Shown: one piece after another, positions 36,256-49,254 of the stretch
How positions within the stretch are numbered: position 1 is the stretch's first letter
Layout of the letters: each line of letters opens with the position of its first letter
Assembly: GCA_030390025.1 (NCBI GenBank)
Contig: CM059431.1
Coordinates: 103,728,001-103,792,000 of the forward strand
DNA: 64,000 nucleotides
Direction: 5' to 3'
Source: Squalus acanthias
Taxonomy: Eukaryota
Translations under genes and position numbers: made by a program
The notes under the pieces: model-generated
Database searches by the model: none
What the model was told of the DNA's origin: nothing
Seen by the model: the letters and a program-made list of their open reading frames with translations, nothing else

Positions 36256-36829
36256 TACGATATTCCATACCGGGTCTGTTGTCTGGCTAGTGATGGATAC
36301 AATAGCAGACAGCAACAGCCAGATTGTGCTTTGCAGTTGATGTTGATGACATCCCCGTGGAAGTATTTACACGTGTGGCTTTCACAGTGAACCACCAGCA
36401 GATTTTGCAGCACTTTCCAACACACAGGACTGCAATTTCACTGGAGTGTTAATTTGAAAGCCAAATTACTGCCACAGAAACACTCCCAGTGCCAGCACTA
36501 CATTACAACAGCGACTACACTTCAAAAGCACTTCATTGGCTGTAAAGCGCTTTGGGACGTCCTGAGGTCGTGAAAGGCGCTGTAGAAAATGCAAGTCTTT
36601 CTTTCTTTCTAACGCTGGAATACACTCCTAAATCGTTCAACGTTATATTTGTCTTCCAGTCCTACTTTGTGCATTTTATTACTTGTTAAATAAATATCAG
36701 CTCAGAGGCTTCATTCTGCGTTGCAGATTTTATGAAGTTGAGACTGAACAGAGCTAAATGCCCAAACTCATAGTGGCTTGGCAAACAAGTAACAATTCAG
36801 AGCATTAGCTGCTTTAGATTTTTCTCTGC

Positions 36830-37072
36830 TGTTTTATTCGTTCCTGGGATGTGGGCGTCGCTGGCAAGGCCGGCAAAGTTTGTCCACTCCCCTAGTTGCC
36901 CTGCAAAGCTGGTGCTGAGGCTTCTCCTTGAACCGCTGGTACAAATGAACTGCTTGCTCGGCCACTTCAGAGGGCAACTAGGAGTCAACCCTGTTGGCTG
37001 TGGGCCTGGAGTCACACAGAGAGGCCCAGACCGGGTAAGGACGGCAGGTTTCCTTCCCTAAAGGACATTAGG
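36830..37072 (-). mobile_element. SINE fragment of the 14060-16221 family
   Basis: GGGATGTGGGCGTCGCTGGCAAGGCC tail and CCAGACCGGGTAAGGACGGCAG core in reverse. Confidence 0.7.
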
Positions 37073-37451
37073 AAGCTAAGCTTATTGTCTGTTTTTGTTG
37101 CTGATATTTTTTACCTGACGGGTTATTGACTGGTAGAAGTATCTGCCAAAATCCACTGACGCCTTTGTTAATGAGTTACTGACAATAAATCAAGTCAGGA
37201 CAAATAACGAATCTCCTAATTTTCAATTTCTGTAAAAGATGAGAGAATTAACAATCTTTTTCCAGATATGTGACTTTGAAACGTATAAAAACTGGGTAAA
37301 AAAAAGTCACTGGAGACGGTCCTCTCCATTATAATTTTTTTTTAAAGATAATTGTTCCTCTGGAATCTAGACTGGGTGGTGCAGTGGGTTAACGCGCTCT
37401 GCAACAGGCTGTTCTGGATGTGAATTCAATCCTGACACTGGGTGCTTCAAT

Positions 37452-38470
37452 TGTGACCCTCCGAGATCTCTGCGCTCCTCCGATTCTGGCCTCTTGCACA
37501 TCCCCGATTTCCATCGCTCCACCGTTGGCGGCCGTGCCTTCAGCTGCCTCGGGCCCTAAGCTCTGGAATGCCCTCCCTAAACCTCTCCGCCTCTCTTACC
37601 TCCTTTAAGGCACTCCTTAAAACCCACCTCTTTGACCAAGCTCTCCGAATATCTACCCACGTGGTTCGGTGTCTGGTAACGCTCCTGTGAAGCACCTTGG
37701 GACGTTTTTACTACGCTAAAGGCGCTATATGAATGCAAGTAGTTGTTGTTGATGGATGTGTTTGGTTCTCCTACCCTGGCATACCTTGGCTTGAGGACCG
37801 TAAAAAAAAATCTCGAGGAGAAAAGAAATGGCTGGAGACCTTGGGGTAAGTTTCCCTCTTGTGAAGACCACAGCCATGTTGGAACTGGTTCCGACAACAA
37901 CAACTTGTATTTATATAGCACCTTTAACATAGTAAAACGTCCCAAGGCGCTGCACAGGAGTATTGTAAGACAAAAAATTTGACACCGATCCACATAAGGA
38001 TAAATTAGGGCAGGTGACCAAAAGCTTGGTCAAAGAGGTAGGTTTTAAGGAGCTTCTTAAAGGAGGAAAGAGAGGTAGCGAGGTGGAGAGGATTAGGCAG
38101 GGAGTTCCAGAGCTTAGGGCCCAGGCAACAGAAGGCACGGCCACCAATGGTTGAGCGATTACAATCAGGGATCCTCAAGAGGGCAGAGTTAGAGGAGCGT
38201 AGATATCTCGGGGGGGGGGGGGGGGGTTGTGGGGCTGAAGGAGATTACAGAGATAGGAGAGGGGCGAGGCCATGGAGGGATTTGAAAACAAGGATGAGAA
38301 TTTTGAATTCGAGGCATTGCTTAACCGGGAGCCAATGTAGGTCAGCGAGCACAGGGGGTGATGGGCGAACGGGACTTGGTGCGAGTTAGGACACGGGGCA
38401 GCTGAGTTTTGGATGACCTCAAGTTTACGTAGGGTGGAATGTGGGAGGCCGGTCAAGAGTGCGTTGGAAT
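37452..38470. mobile_element. Two L2 LINE 3' ends, tail to tail (+ 37452-37750, - 37893-38470)
   Basis: GPKLWNALP and IQNSAA coding; tail AAAGGCGCTATATAAATGCAAGTTGTTGTT-like. Confidence 0.85.
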
Positions 38471-39809
38471 ATTGGCTGTTCCAGTGCATTTCCTACTCTT
38501 TACTCCTGAGGGTCGCTGCGGTTTCTGCATAAACACCAGCAGAGCGATGACCCATGTATATAAATCTGACAATTGCTTGAGGAATATGATCCTCACGGTA
38601 ACGTGGCTGGTTTACCGCCGAGGGTAAACCGCTACCTGATCCCCGCCGGAAAAACCAGGCTGCAGTCTTCCTCACTAATGCACATTCAGCCAATAATTTA
38701 TCACAATTACAGCCTTTTTTTTTGGTTTGAATGAAGCCTCAAATTGATTGTTTAGTTTTATTACTGGACGAGGTGTTGTAAAGCACATGCAGCTGAACCC
38801 TGCAAACTGGCACAGTTCCAGGGCATGAAATTTAATATAATATGTTTCGTTTTTATATGTAAAAAAAAAACACAAAGTCAAATATTTATTGTCCCGAAAC
38901 CTCAGTAGAGTTAATTAAACTTAAATAGAAGCAGTGGTCGGTGTGGAAATCATTGAAATATCACCGGCATAAATTTAATTGCCCCATATTTTCATGGCAG
39001 ACATTTTTTCTTGCATGTTATGTATTTCTGTTGATTATCAAGAAAATGCCTTTGGAAATTTTAAAATGATTGCAGTTTAAATATGCATGAAGTTTTATTT
39101 CTATGTAATTATAATTACCAAAGTATTAAATAAATAATGAATTCAACTGACTTATCCGGCCTTCACATACATAAGGGAATAATGATCATGTCCGCTTTCA
39201 TGAGGTCTAAAAGGACTCATTACTAAGTTTTCCCTGTTAATCAATATATGCATGACTGTACTTACCTTTGGTCGTCCTAATTTGCACCGACAATAGCAAC
39301 ACTTAGTTCATCATCAGGCTGAGGGAAATGAAAAGGTCAGTCTTAAATTTTAAGGTCTTTCTCAATTCAGAACCGCATCAATAAAAATATTGAGGATTTC
39401 CTGCTCTGTAATTTAGTGATGGGAGGTAAGTGCCAAGCTTTTGGTGACAACCTGTATGTTACAGAACACGGTTGACTCCTCCTCATTCAAAGTTGCTCAA
39501 TTCAAATTGTCTACTAATTTTTTTTTTTTTACCACTAATGTTCCAATTTGCTTTGTTTTGACATTGCTCAATTCAAATTATTAGCTAAGTCCATTCTTTT
39601 AACACAAAAATCAAGTGCGAATGCTCAAGAGTAGATTGTATGAGCCATTCATCGTCGTTTTATTAATGGCAACGTGTGTAAAGACTGCAATAACACACCC
39701 GATCATGGGCCTTGTTATCTTAAGTGGTCCCACTGTTATTCTGCAATGGGCTCTCTTGGAACTGCATTTAGTTGGTGTGGCCAGGCTATCAGGAGTGCAT
39801 TCAATCACA

Positions 39810-40470
39810 CCAGTGACCAGAAATTTAACTGGACCAGCCACATAAATACTGTGGCAACAAGAGCAGGTCAGAGGCTAGGTATTCTGTGGCGAGTGTCTCA
39901 CCTCCTGACTCCCCAAAGCCTTTCCACCATCTACAAGGCACAAGTCAGGATTGTGATGGAATACTCTACACTTGCCTGGATGAGTGCAGCTCCAACAACA
40001 CTCAAGAAATTCGACACCATCCAGGACAAAGCAGCCCGCTTGAACGGCAGCCCATCCACCACCTTAAACATTCACTCCCTCCACCACCGGCGTACCGTGG
40101 CTGCAGTGTGTACCATCTACAAGATGCAATGCAGCAACTCCCCAAGGCTTCTTCGGCAGCACCTCCCAAACCCGCGACCTCTTCCACTTGGAAGGATAAG
40201 GGCAGCAGGTGCATGGGAACACCACCACCTCCAAGTTCCCCTCCAAGTCACACACCCTCCTGACTTAGAAGTATATCGCCGATCCTTCATCGTCGCTGGG
40301 TCAAAATCCTGGAGCTCCCTCCCTAACAGCACCGTGGGAGCACCTTCACCACACGGACTGCAGCAGTTCAAGAAGGCGGCTCACCAGCACCTTCTCAAGG
40401 GCAATTAGGGATGGGCAATAAATGCTGACCTTGCCAGCGACACCCACATCCAATAAACAAATTAAAAAAA
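39810..40470 (+). mobile_element. 3' fragment of CR1/L2-related LINE
   Basis: ORF 39674-40408 NWTSHINTVATRAGQRLGIL...YKAQVRIVMEY...IQDKAARL. Confidence 0.85.
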
Positions 40471-40614
40471 AAAATTCTACTTTGTGTTCTGATAGCAAGT
40501 GGAATATATCGCTAATGTGACCCACTTCAAGTACCACACTGAGGCCAGCAATTGTCCTTCTCACCAGGCAATGCGGAACCAGGGAATCTCAGGCTCATCG
40601 GTATGTATCTAGGA

Positions 40615-40922
40615 AGGAAGAAAGAGGGAACCTGCACTTCTATAGCGCCTTTCACGACCTCGGGATGTTCCAAAAGCGCCTTACGGCCAATGAAGTACTT
40701 TTTGAAGTGTAGACCCTGCTGTAATGTAGGAATCATGGCAGCCAATCTGCGCACAGCAAGATCATAAGAACATATGAAATAGGAGCAGGAGGCGGCCATT
40801 TGGCCCTTCGAGCCTGCTCCGCCATTCAACAAGATCATGGCTGGTCCCACAAACAGCAACGTGATAAAGACCAGATAATCTGTTTTTACTGCTGTTGGTT
40901 GAGGGATAAATATTGGCCAGGT
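40615..40922 (-). mobile_element. Deu-type SINE 3' half with an inserted CR1 tail (~40762-40845)
   Basis: GCACAGCAAGAT | CATAAGAACATATGAAATAGGAGC... | CCCACAAACAGC. Confidence 0.75.
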
Positions 40923-41591
40923 CACCTAAAGGACATCTAAGGAGAACCCGACTCCAGGAAGGGTGTTCGCAGGAACGAGCAGTGTGATAATACCTCTGTG
41001 ACCATGTTTATGTTTTCATCTGCCAACCGTGTAAGTTACAATTAGGAAAGGGAGAAGTTCCAGGCCCTCTGTACTGTTCAGTCTGTAGAAGGTGGCTTAA
41101 TCCGATTTTGTGAACTTTATTTTGGATTAGACGGAGCATAAAGGATAATGAGAAGAATGGGTCTGCACTGGAAGAAGAATCAGCCGATTTGACTGACTTA
41201 GATTTTTTTTAAAAAGAGTAAACAATTGGGTAGCCCTGAGTAAGCTGATGGGTATAAAATCATATTTGACATTCCAAGAACGATGGGGTCAATCTTTGGA
41301 AACTGCAAATCTGCTATTTATTTGCGTTTGTGTAATATTTGTGAGTTTTTTCATGTTAATTTGGTTATCTGTGTATTGCAATTTGCATGTGAATTATGTC
41401 TTCTGATTATTACATTGGTGAGGCTTTTAAGTGATTAGTAAAGATTGATTGGTCATGTCAGTAATATACAAAGAACTTACGGCATTGATAGTCTCAGAAT
41501 TAACTGACACCAGAATAATCAGTTCACAAAACACAACATAATTAAGGTTGAGGGAGGCCATTCAACCCATCTATAAAGACTTGACAGTCTC

Positions 41592-42135
41592 CACATCCCC
41601 TTCCCTTCCCCATCCCCCTTCACTCCCCCAACCCCCTTCCCTCCCCCAACTCCCTTCCCTCCCCCACCCCACCCTTCCCTCCCCCACACCCCCTTCCCTC
41701 CCCCACACCCCCTTCCCTCCCCCAACCCCTTCCCTCCACCACCCCCCTTACCTCCCCCACACCCCCTTCCCTCCCCCAACCCCCTTCCCTCCACCACCCC
41801 CCTTCCCTCCCCATACCCCCTTCACTCCCCCAACCCCTTCCCTCCCCCACACCCCTTCCCTCCCCCAACCCCCTTCCCTCCCCACCACCCTTCCCTCCCC
41901 CACACCCCCTTCCTTCCTCCACCCCTTCCCTCCCCACCCTTCCCTCCCCAACACTCCCTTCCTTCCCCCACCCCCCTTCCTTCCCCACCCTTCCCTCCCC
42001 AACACTCCCTTCCTTCCCCCACCCCCCTTCCCTCCCCACCCTTCCCTCCCCAACACTCCCTTCCTTCCCCCACCCCCTTCCTTCCCCTATCCCCCCTTCC
42101 CTCACCAACACCCCCGACCTCGCCCGCTCCCCCAT
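41592..42135. repeat. C-rich low-complexity minisatellite (CCCCTTCCCTCCCCCA-like)
   Basis: Near-absence of G on the plus strand; repeated units. Confidence 0.9.
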
Positions 42136-42361
42136 TTCAGCATCTATTTGTTCCTCAAATGATTCCAGGCTTTTTGACCTCAATGCTCAGCCTGAGAGTT
42201 CATTCTATGTGTTGATCCCTCTTTCTGTAAAGAAGAACGTCCTGATATTTGACTAATTTGCATTATTAATAAGATCTTAGAAATGTTTTAATTTCTTGTA
42301 GGCAGACCACTTTAATTTTTTTTTTTAATTATTTTCATTTCCCATTGATTCACTGTCTCTT

Positions 42362-42655
42362 AAACTCTTGTGCATCCCCGATTTCCATCGCTCCACCATT
42401 GGTGGCCGTGCCATCAGCTGCCTGGGCCCTAAGCTCTGGAATTCCCTCCCTAAACCTCTCCACCTCTCCACCTCTCTTTCCTCCTTTAAGACGCTCCTTA
42501 AAAACCCACCTCTTTGACCAAGCTGTTGGTCACCTGTCCTAATATCTGCTTACATGGCTCGGTGTCAAACTTTCTTTGATAATCGCTCCCGTGAAGCGCC
42601 GCGGGTCGTTTTACGTTAAAGGTGCCGTACAAACGCAAGCTGTTGTTGTTGTTAA
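42362..42655 (+). mobile_element. L2 LINE 3' end
   Basis: Matches 37452-37750; tail GTTGTTGTT. Confidence 0.85.
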
Positions 42656-42939
42656 ACTTCACACATCAACGCTGTCCTCATCCAATCAGATGGATGGATA
42701 GTCTGATTGGGCTTCTCAACATTATGTTTAATGACTTTCAATACGAACCATGAAGAGCTCGATTTGTAGAGTGAGATGTGTCTCTGTGGAGATTCTCTTG
42801 AAGCATACTGTACAGTATAGGATTCTGTATCTGAGATGGAAAACTGTACTCAGACTAGTGGGCTGCAACACTTGCACACTGTGACGGTGTCCATGGTGCA
42901 TCATCCTTCCTCATCCTCCTGAACCGCTCCTCACTGTTT

Positions 42940-43655
42940 AGAACATAAGAAATAGGAGCAGGAGTAGGCCTTTTGGCCCCTCGAGCCTGCTCCGCCATTC
43001 AATGAGATCATGGCTGATCTGATCTTGGGCTCAGCTCCCCATAACCTATCACTCCCTTATTGTTCAAAAATCTGTCTATCTCCACCTTAAATATATCCAA
43101 TGACCCAGCCTCCACAGCTCTCTGGGGCAGAGAATTCCACAGATTTACGACCCTCTGAGAGAAGAAATTCCTCCTCATCTCAGTTCTAAATGGGCGACCC
43201 CTTATTCTGAAACTATGCCCCCTAGTTCTAGATTTCCCCATGAGGGGAAACATCTTCTCTGCTTCTACCTTGTCGAGCCCCCTCAGTATCTTATATGTTT
43301 CAATAAGAACACCTCTCATTCTTCTAAACTCCAATGAGTATAGGCCCAACCTGCTCAACTTTTCTTCATAAGTCAACCCCTTCATCTCAGGAATCAACCT
43401 CGTGAACCTTCTCTGAACTGCCTCCAATGCAAGTATATCCTTCCTTAAATAAGGAGACCAAAACTGTACGCAGTACTCAAGGTGTGGTCTCACCAATACC
43501 TTGTACAGTTGTAGCAGGACCTCCCTGCTTTTATACTCCAACCCCCTTGCAATAAAGGCCAACAGTCCAGTTGCCTTCCTGATTACTTGCTGTTCCTGCA
43601 TGCTAACCTTTTGTGTTTCATGCACAAGGGTCCCCAGGTCCCTCTGTACTGCAGC
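42940..43655 (-). mobile_element. CR1 LINE 3' fragment, same family as 24472-25121
   Basis: ORF 43008-43676 VRPHLEYCVQFWSPYLRKDILALEAVQRRFTRLIPEM. Confidence 0.92.
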
Positions 43656-43859
43656 ATATTTGATATGGTTAACCACACCATCCTCCTACAACACCTCAGG
43701 AGGTGGTTCTTTTCCCAGAGAAAGGTGGACCTCTGGAACAGGCTGCCGGCTCGCGCGGGTGGATGCCTATTCGCTGGATTTCTTCAAGCAAGAGCTGGAC
43801 CTGTTTCTGTCTGGGGCGGAGATCACCTCTTATGAAAAGTAGGTGCTACAAAGAATTAT

Positions 43860-44080
43860 CAACAACAACAACAACTTGTATTTATATAGCGCCTTTAACG
43901 TAGTAAAACGTCCCAAGGTGCTTCACAGGAGTATTAAAAGACAAAATATTTGACACCGAGCCACATAAGGAGAAATTAGGGCAGGCTGGACAAAGAGGTA
44001 GGTTTTAAGGAGCGTCTTAAAGGAGGAGAGAGAGGTAGAGAGGTGGAGAGGTTTAGGGAGGGAATGCCAGAGCTCAGGGC
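43860..44080 (-). mobile_element. L2 LINE 3' end
   Basis: AACAACAACTTGTATTTATATAGCGCCTTT tail in reverse. Confidence 0.8.
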
Positions 44081-44545
44081 TAGAGTGATCTCCTGGACTA
44101 GTCTCAATCGCCTGGCCGGGGGTGGGTGGGGGGGGGGGGGGGGGCGGGGGGCGGTGGTTAGGGAGGCATTGGAGAGGAATTTCCCAGATTTTATCCCCCA
44201 AATTGACCAATGATTTTATCTGTTTTTTTTCTCTCCCAGGAGATCACAGGGTTTTGGGTGGGGTGGAGAGTGTATATATTGTGATATACAAGGTGTTACA
44301 ATTGTGTGGGACTGACTGGATGGATCAGATGGTCTTTTCCTGTCTGCCATTGTTCATCTGCTCCATTGCCCAGCTCCGTGGAACCGTTTTTTGGATGGTT
44401 CCATTCCTACCTATCCCAAAGCAATCTCCAGCAACGGCGCTGGTTGCTCCCCCACACTAGCAGCTGAAACCATTGACTTAGGGAAGGATAACTTTTTAAA
44501 TGACCAGAAATTTAATAACTTGAACAGCTAATATAGGTATAATAT

Positions 44546-44842
44546 AAGGGTTCTGACAAAAGGTCATCGACCTGAAACATTAACTCTCTTTCTCTCTCCA
44601 CAGATGCTGCCTGACCTGCTGAGAATTGCAAAGGTTACTGAGAGCATGCAACGTGTTTTTATACTAGACACCTGTAGATTTGCACCATCGCAATGCTGTA
44701 CACAAGGAGTTCTTGGTATCCAACATTGCCAAAGGAGAGGAAGAGGAATTGTTAAGGGGAAGCTAAATAAACACATGAGGGAGAATGGAATAGAAGGATG
44801 TGCTGATCAGGTGAGTATTTCCAGCATTTTCTGTTTTTATTT
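44546..44842 (+). mobile_element. Penelope-type terminal repeat remnant with hammerhead-like core, interrupted
   Basis: CTGACAAAAGGTCATCGACCTGAAACATTAACTC then CAGATGCTGCCTGACCTGCTGAG; resumes TGAGTATTTCCAGCATTTTCTG at ~44812. Confidence 0.5.
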
Positions 44843-46746
44843 AATATAGGTATTACTCCTGTTCCCCCTCTTGAAAACTTCTCTACTTCATGTAAGCAAA
44901 TTATTTATAGTGATAATCAGGTTTGATGTACTATAAGATGGCAATGATCTTAAATCTAACAAACGCAAATGCTTCCATATCTCCAATTAATGGGCTTTAT
45001 TATTAGACCATCGCTATCAATTTTGTAGGATTTAGAGATTTGTTTTTTCTGCTTCCCAGCAACGCTCTGCCTCCTCCTTCTGATAGCCGGAAAACAAAAC
45101 AACGTAACTCCTAATATGTTAGTAAGTGAGACTTTAAAAAGTGACAATCTGGTAACAGGACCAGCCTGCTTTGTATTATATACAGGCCTGTCTGAGTGGG
45201 AGGCTATTAGATTCTGAATTAAAAATATTATCTAAACCACTGAACTCTTGAATCAAAACTGACCCTCACAGCACCAGCAGTTTAAATTACCCATTTTGCT
45301 GTTAACAAACCTCTGACAAGCAAAGGCCTTGGGAGCATTTAAGTGAGTGCTAGACAGCGTGGCTACCTGCCAGCCCATCCATCTATCCAGCTTTCCAGGG
45401 GTACAGGAGACGTGTGACGCCTTTACAATGGCGAGATGCCATCACAGGTTGGTGGAGTAACAATTCTCTGCACGGTAAAGAATGTTTGCGGATATACGTA
45501 AACACTGCCTTGCTGTCTAATTGGCAAACCGAAGAAAATGTTACGGTTACAATTGGTTCCTGAAGCACCACGTTTGATCGTGAGGATGGAATATAATGCA
45601 GAACTGTTAGTTGCAAAAACAAATCTACCTGCACTAAGAGATAAGGGGACAACATTCCTTCAGTTGGATAGAAGGTCTAAGGCTGCCTATGAATTTTACC
45701 CGGGGAGATTGTTCCTTCTGTAGCTTTCCTCTAGTATAATGGATTTGATTGGCAGATGTGGCAAAAGTCAGATAGGCTGTAGTTTCCGGGCTTAAAGAGA
45801 AATAAAGGCCGAGAAATTGCTCACCTTGGCGTCGGCCGTTAACACTGGCTTCCTGGAAAAAAATGGCGGCCGCCTCGCTTCCAGCTGCTTCCCGTGCGGG
45901 ACACGTCGGCCGCCATTTTGGTAAGGGCCATAGCACTGCCGTTGACAGCGCTGGCCCCTGAAATGTACATTAGTAGTTCGCGACATCAATTGGTGTGCAA
46001 CGCCTCACTTGACGCCACGGCTGCCAACTTGGATATTTTCGCTCATCATTACGCCGGGTCCTAAGCACGCTCAGAAAAGCATGCATGAAGCAGCCCTGCA
46101 GAGATGCTGTCAGCGCTTCTTAAAGGGACACACACAGATAAGTTTGGAGTTAAGCTTTTTGGACTGTATTTTTTATATTTTATTGAAGTCGTGGCTTGGT
46201 GTAAAAGATGTTAAAAGTTTTTAAAGAGTATAGGGAGTGCTGCTGGACGCTTGCAAGGATTCGGATCGTAAAGGAAGGCCTCTGAGAAGACAGAAAATGC
46301 TGAAATACTCAGCAGGTCAGGCAGCATCCGTGGGGAGAGAAATAAAGTTAACGCCTCAGGTACAGATGCTGTCTGACCTGTCGAGTATTTCCAGCATTTT
46401 CTGCTTTTATTTCGGATTTCCAGCATCTGCTCGCAGAGGGAAGAGGAAGACGCAGAAGAGGAAGGAGCAGAAGAGGCAGGCATAAAAGAGGAAAAAATGG
46501 AACGAAGGATGCAGCCCCTTTCTGGCTGGGAAATCCAGGAGGGAAACATCCACCTGCAACCCCCAATTCCCCATTCAACATTTGTCCCACACCTTACCTT
46601 CCCTCTGTTACTGACCATCACAGCATCCTCTTGGCCACGGTGCTGAAATAAAAGCAAACTTTCCAATCCAACATTATACATCTATCCATCTAATTTGACA
46701 TCAAGAAATCAACTAATCGCCTGTGTGCATTCCCTTAGTGAGTCTC

Positions 46747-48441
46747 TGTAAGGTTTCCAAAATTTACAGATCCCCAAAACCTAAGGAAAAAGGACTTTGG
46801 AACTACCTCAGAGTGATAGTATTGTATTTGGGCCTAACCTAAGAGACTGTAAGACCAAAAACCAAGTTTTGGCATTTTAAAACTATGTCTGGGCCTGTAA
46901 AGGAGCAAGAGGTGGGTCGACCTCTGTAAAAGCAGTTTTGGGTATTGCAGTTAATTGCAATGTCTGGGGAACCGGGATGACCTCACTCAAAGGCCCAACA
47001 AGCATTAACATTTTGACAATAGACCCCAGGAGAAGACAGTCCCACCCAAAACAACAGGTCCCATCAAACCGATTACAGGGCCCATCAGGAAACATGCATA
47101 ATAGAGCACCCAGGACTAGGCTATAGATCAGCCTAGGAACCCAAAACACAAAACCAATCACCAGCAATCAGCCAAGGAGATCGACAGGATGCAAACCATC
47201 CCAAAACCCATTTAACACTTACAGAGCAGTTACTGGCAGCAGGCCCACCAAATTCAGACGATGAACTGAACAGATTCGGCGGGTAGATAAGGCCATATTC
47301 AATGGGTGAGATTGAAGGCCTGTTAAAACCCAGTTAACGTGCTAGTAAATCGTTACCGATTTACGAGCCCGCCAAAACTAGACAATGAACTGAATAGATT
47401 TGGCGGGTAGATAAGGCCACTTCAATTCTGTATAATTGAAGGCCCTCCAAGCACACACCGAGGAAGAAGAGAGAGAAACACCACAGTTCAAAGTCGTTGG
47501 GCCGAGCAGTCAGTCACAACCAGTGGTCATCAGAAGGAAGAGAGACCAAGAAGAAGAAGGCCCGAGCTGGAAGCGAGTCGGCATCGCTCACCACTTAGAC
47601 ACACCTGAGTCCAGCTCGCGAAGACACCACCTTGACGGACCTCCAACAACGGCCCCAACACAGTCACCCAGAGCAATAAGCAGCAACAAGTCACCAACGG
47701 CTCCACGAGGTCGACCGACACACTAAACAAGGCTTAAAGCCATCGCGGAAACCAAAGGCCTCACGAAACCAACAACCGCGCATTACCCCCAACTGACCGG
47801 GTAATCGCAGGCCACCGCGACCAACAAAGACCAACTCCAGGGAAGAAAACCCGAAGAATCGCAAAGTTTCCACACTACAAACTATTCCTGACTTACCCCT
47901 GGGTAAGATTTTCCCCAAAGACTCTAAGCCCTACTGCTCAACTAAAGAAATTGGGTACTCACCAGATAGATCCATAACGACATCCTACCGCATCAGCGGA
48001 CTCGCGAAGACGGACCAGAGACCCAGGTGAAATCCTCTACCGCGTACGGGGTATGGCAGACACTAACCGCCATAAACAGCGAACCCCAAAACCGCGATTT
48101 AGCCCAACTGTCAAAGGATTGGTGAGCATTATCCCTGGTCCTTCAAAACCTAACTTAACTAGTAAAGTGGGGTTGGGAGGGGTGAAGTATTGTTCTACTG
48201 TCATTTCCCTCGCTTGTACCGAAGTGTTCCCCACCTTTAGAGTGATAAGAGTGTTATTATTTGTGTCTTACCTTTTAATAAAGATTGAAGTTCTTTCATC
48301 AAACTCAGTTGTCTGCTGCACCTTTTGTATCACAACCCCCAAATAAGTCCAAGGTCTAGAACCAAGGGAGTGGGAAGTGGGAGCGATTCGAACCGCTCAG
48401 AAGTCAGAGGTAAAGCTGACACAAAAACACCACCCCCTACA
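46747..48441 (+). mobile_element. Solo LTR (1695 bp)
   Basis: TGTAAGG...CCCCTACA; perfect 4-bp TSD TCTC; TATAA at 47431; AATAAA at 48277. Confidence 0.85.
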
Positions 48442-48807
48442 TCTCTTGCGTGTGCCTTTGCCTATTCCTACTGATGTCACGCAGTGATACCCCAGTGGCT
48501 GCAGTATGACTGGTGGAAGGTGAGGGACACTGCAGATGGCCTTGCAGGACGACCTCGAGGAGCTGGTGGCTCGGAGTGTCAAATCGAAGTGACGGTGTTT
48601 CTTCTTCCTCTTCAGCACTGTCCTCTCCCTCTTCTTAGTCAACCACTGGCTGGGCAGGCTGCATTTCTTGGGTGTCTGAAATGAGGAAGGCACAAGGGTA
48701 GAGTCGTGGTGAGGGGAGGGCGGGAAAGCAAGAGCTCCATGCTTACACCATGCGCACCAAGTAAATCAGAAGATATTGTGGGATGAGGGGGAAGTGGGAT
48801 GCCAGAA

Positions 48808-49254
48808 AAGAAAGAAAAGAGAGAAAGACTTGCATTTATATAGCGCCTTTCACGACCACCGGACGTCTCAAAGCGCTTTACAGCCAGTGAAGTACTTTTT
48901 GAAGTGTAGTCACTGTTGTAATGTGGGATACGCGGCAGCCAATTTGCGCACAGCAAGCTCCACAAACAGCAATGCGATAAATGACCAGATAATCTGCTTT
49001 AGTGATGTTGATTGAGGGATAAATATTGGCCCAGGACACCGGGGATAACTCCCCATCTCTTCTTCAAAATAGTGCCATGGGATCTTTTACGTCCACCTGA
49101 GAGAGAGCAGACGGGGCCTCAGTTTAACGTCTCATCTGAAAGACGGCACCTCCAACAGTGCAGCACTCCCTCAGCACTGCACTGGAGTGTCAGCCTAGAT
49201 TTATGTGCTCAAGCCCCTGGAGTGGGACTTGAACCCACAACCTTCTGACTCAGG
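48808..49254 (-). mobile_element. Deu-type SINE
   Basis: Same core and tail as 34757-35228. Confidence 0.87.

Noticed and set aside
41519..42183. Pro/Gly-rich ORFs
   Set aside because: Same low-complexity artefact.
45383..45723. Possible host exon in unique sequence
   Set aside because: No recognisable protein similarity and no convincing splice-site pair.
47436..47726. 96-aa ORF in the solo LTR
   Set aside because: Non-ATG start immediately after the TATA-like box, low complexity, no motif.
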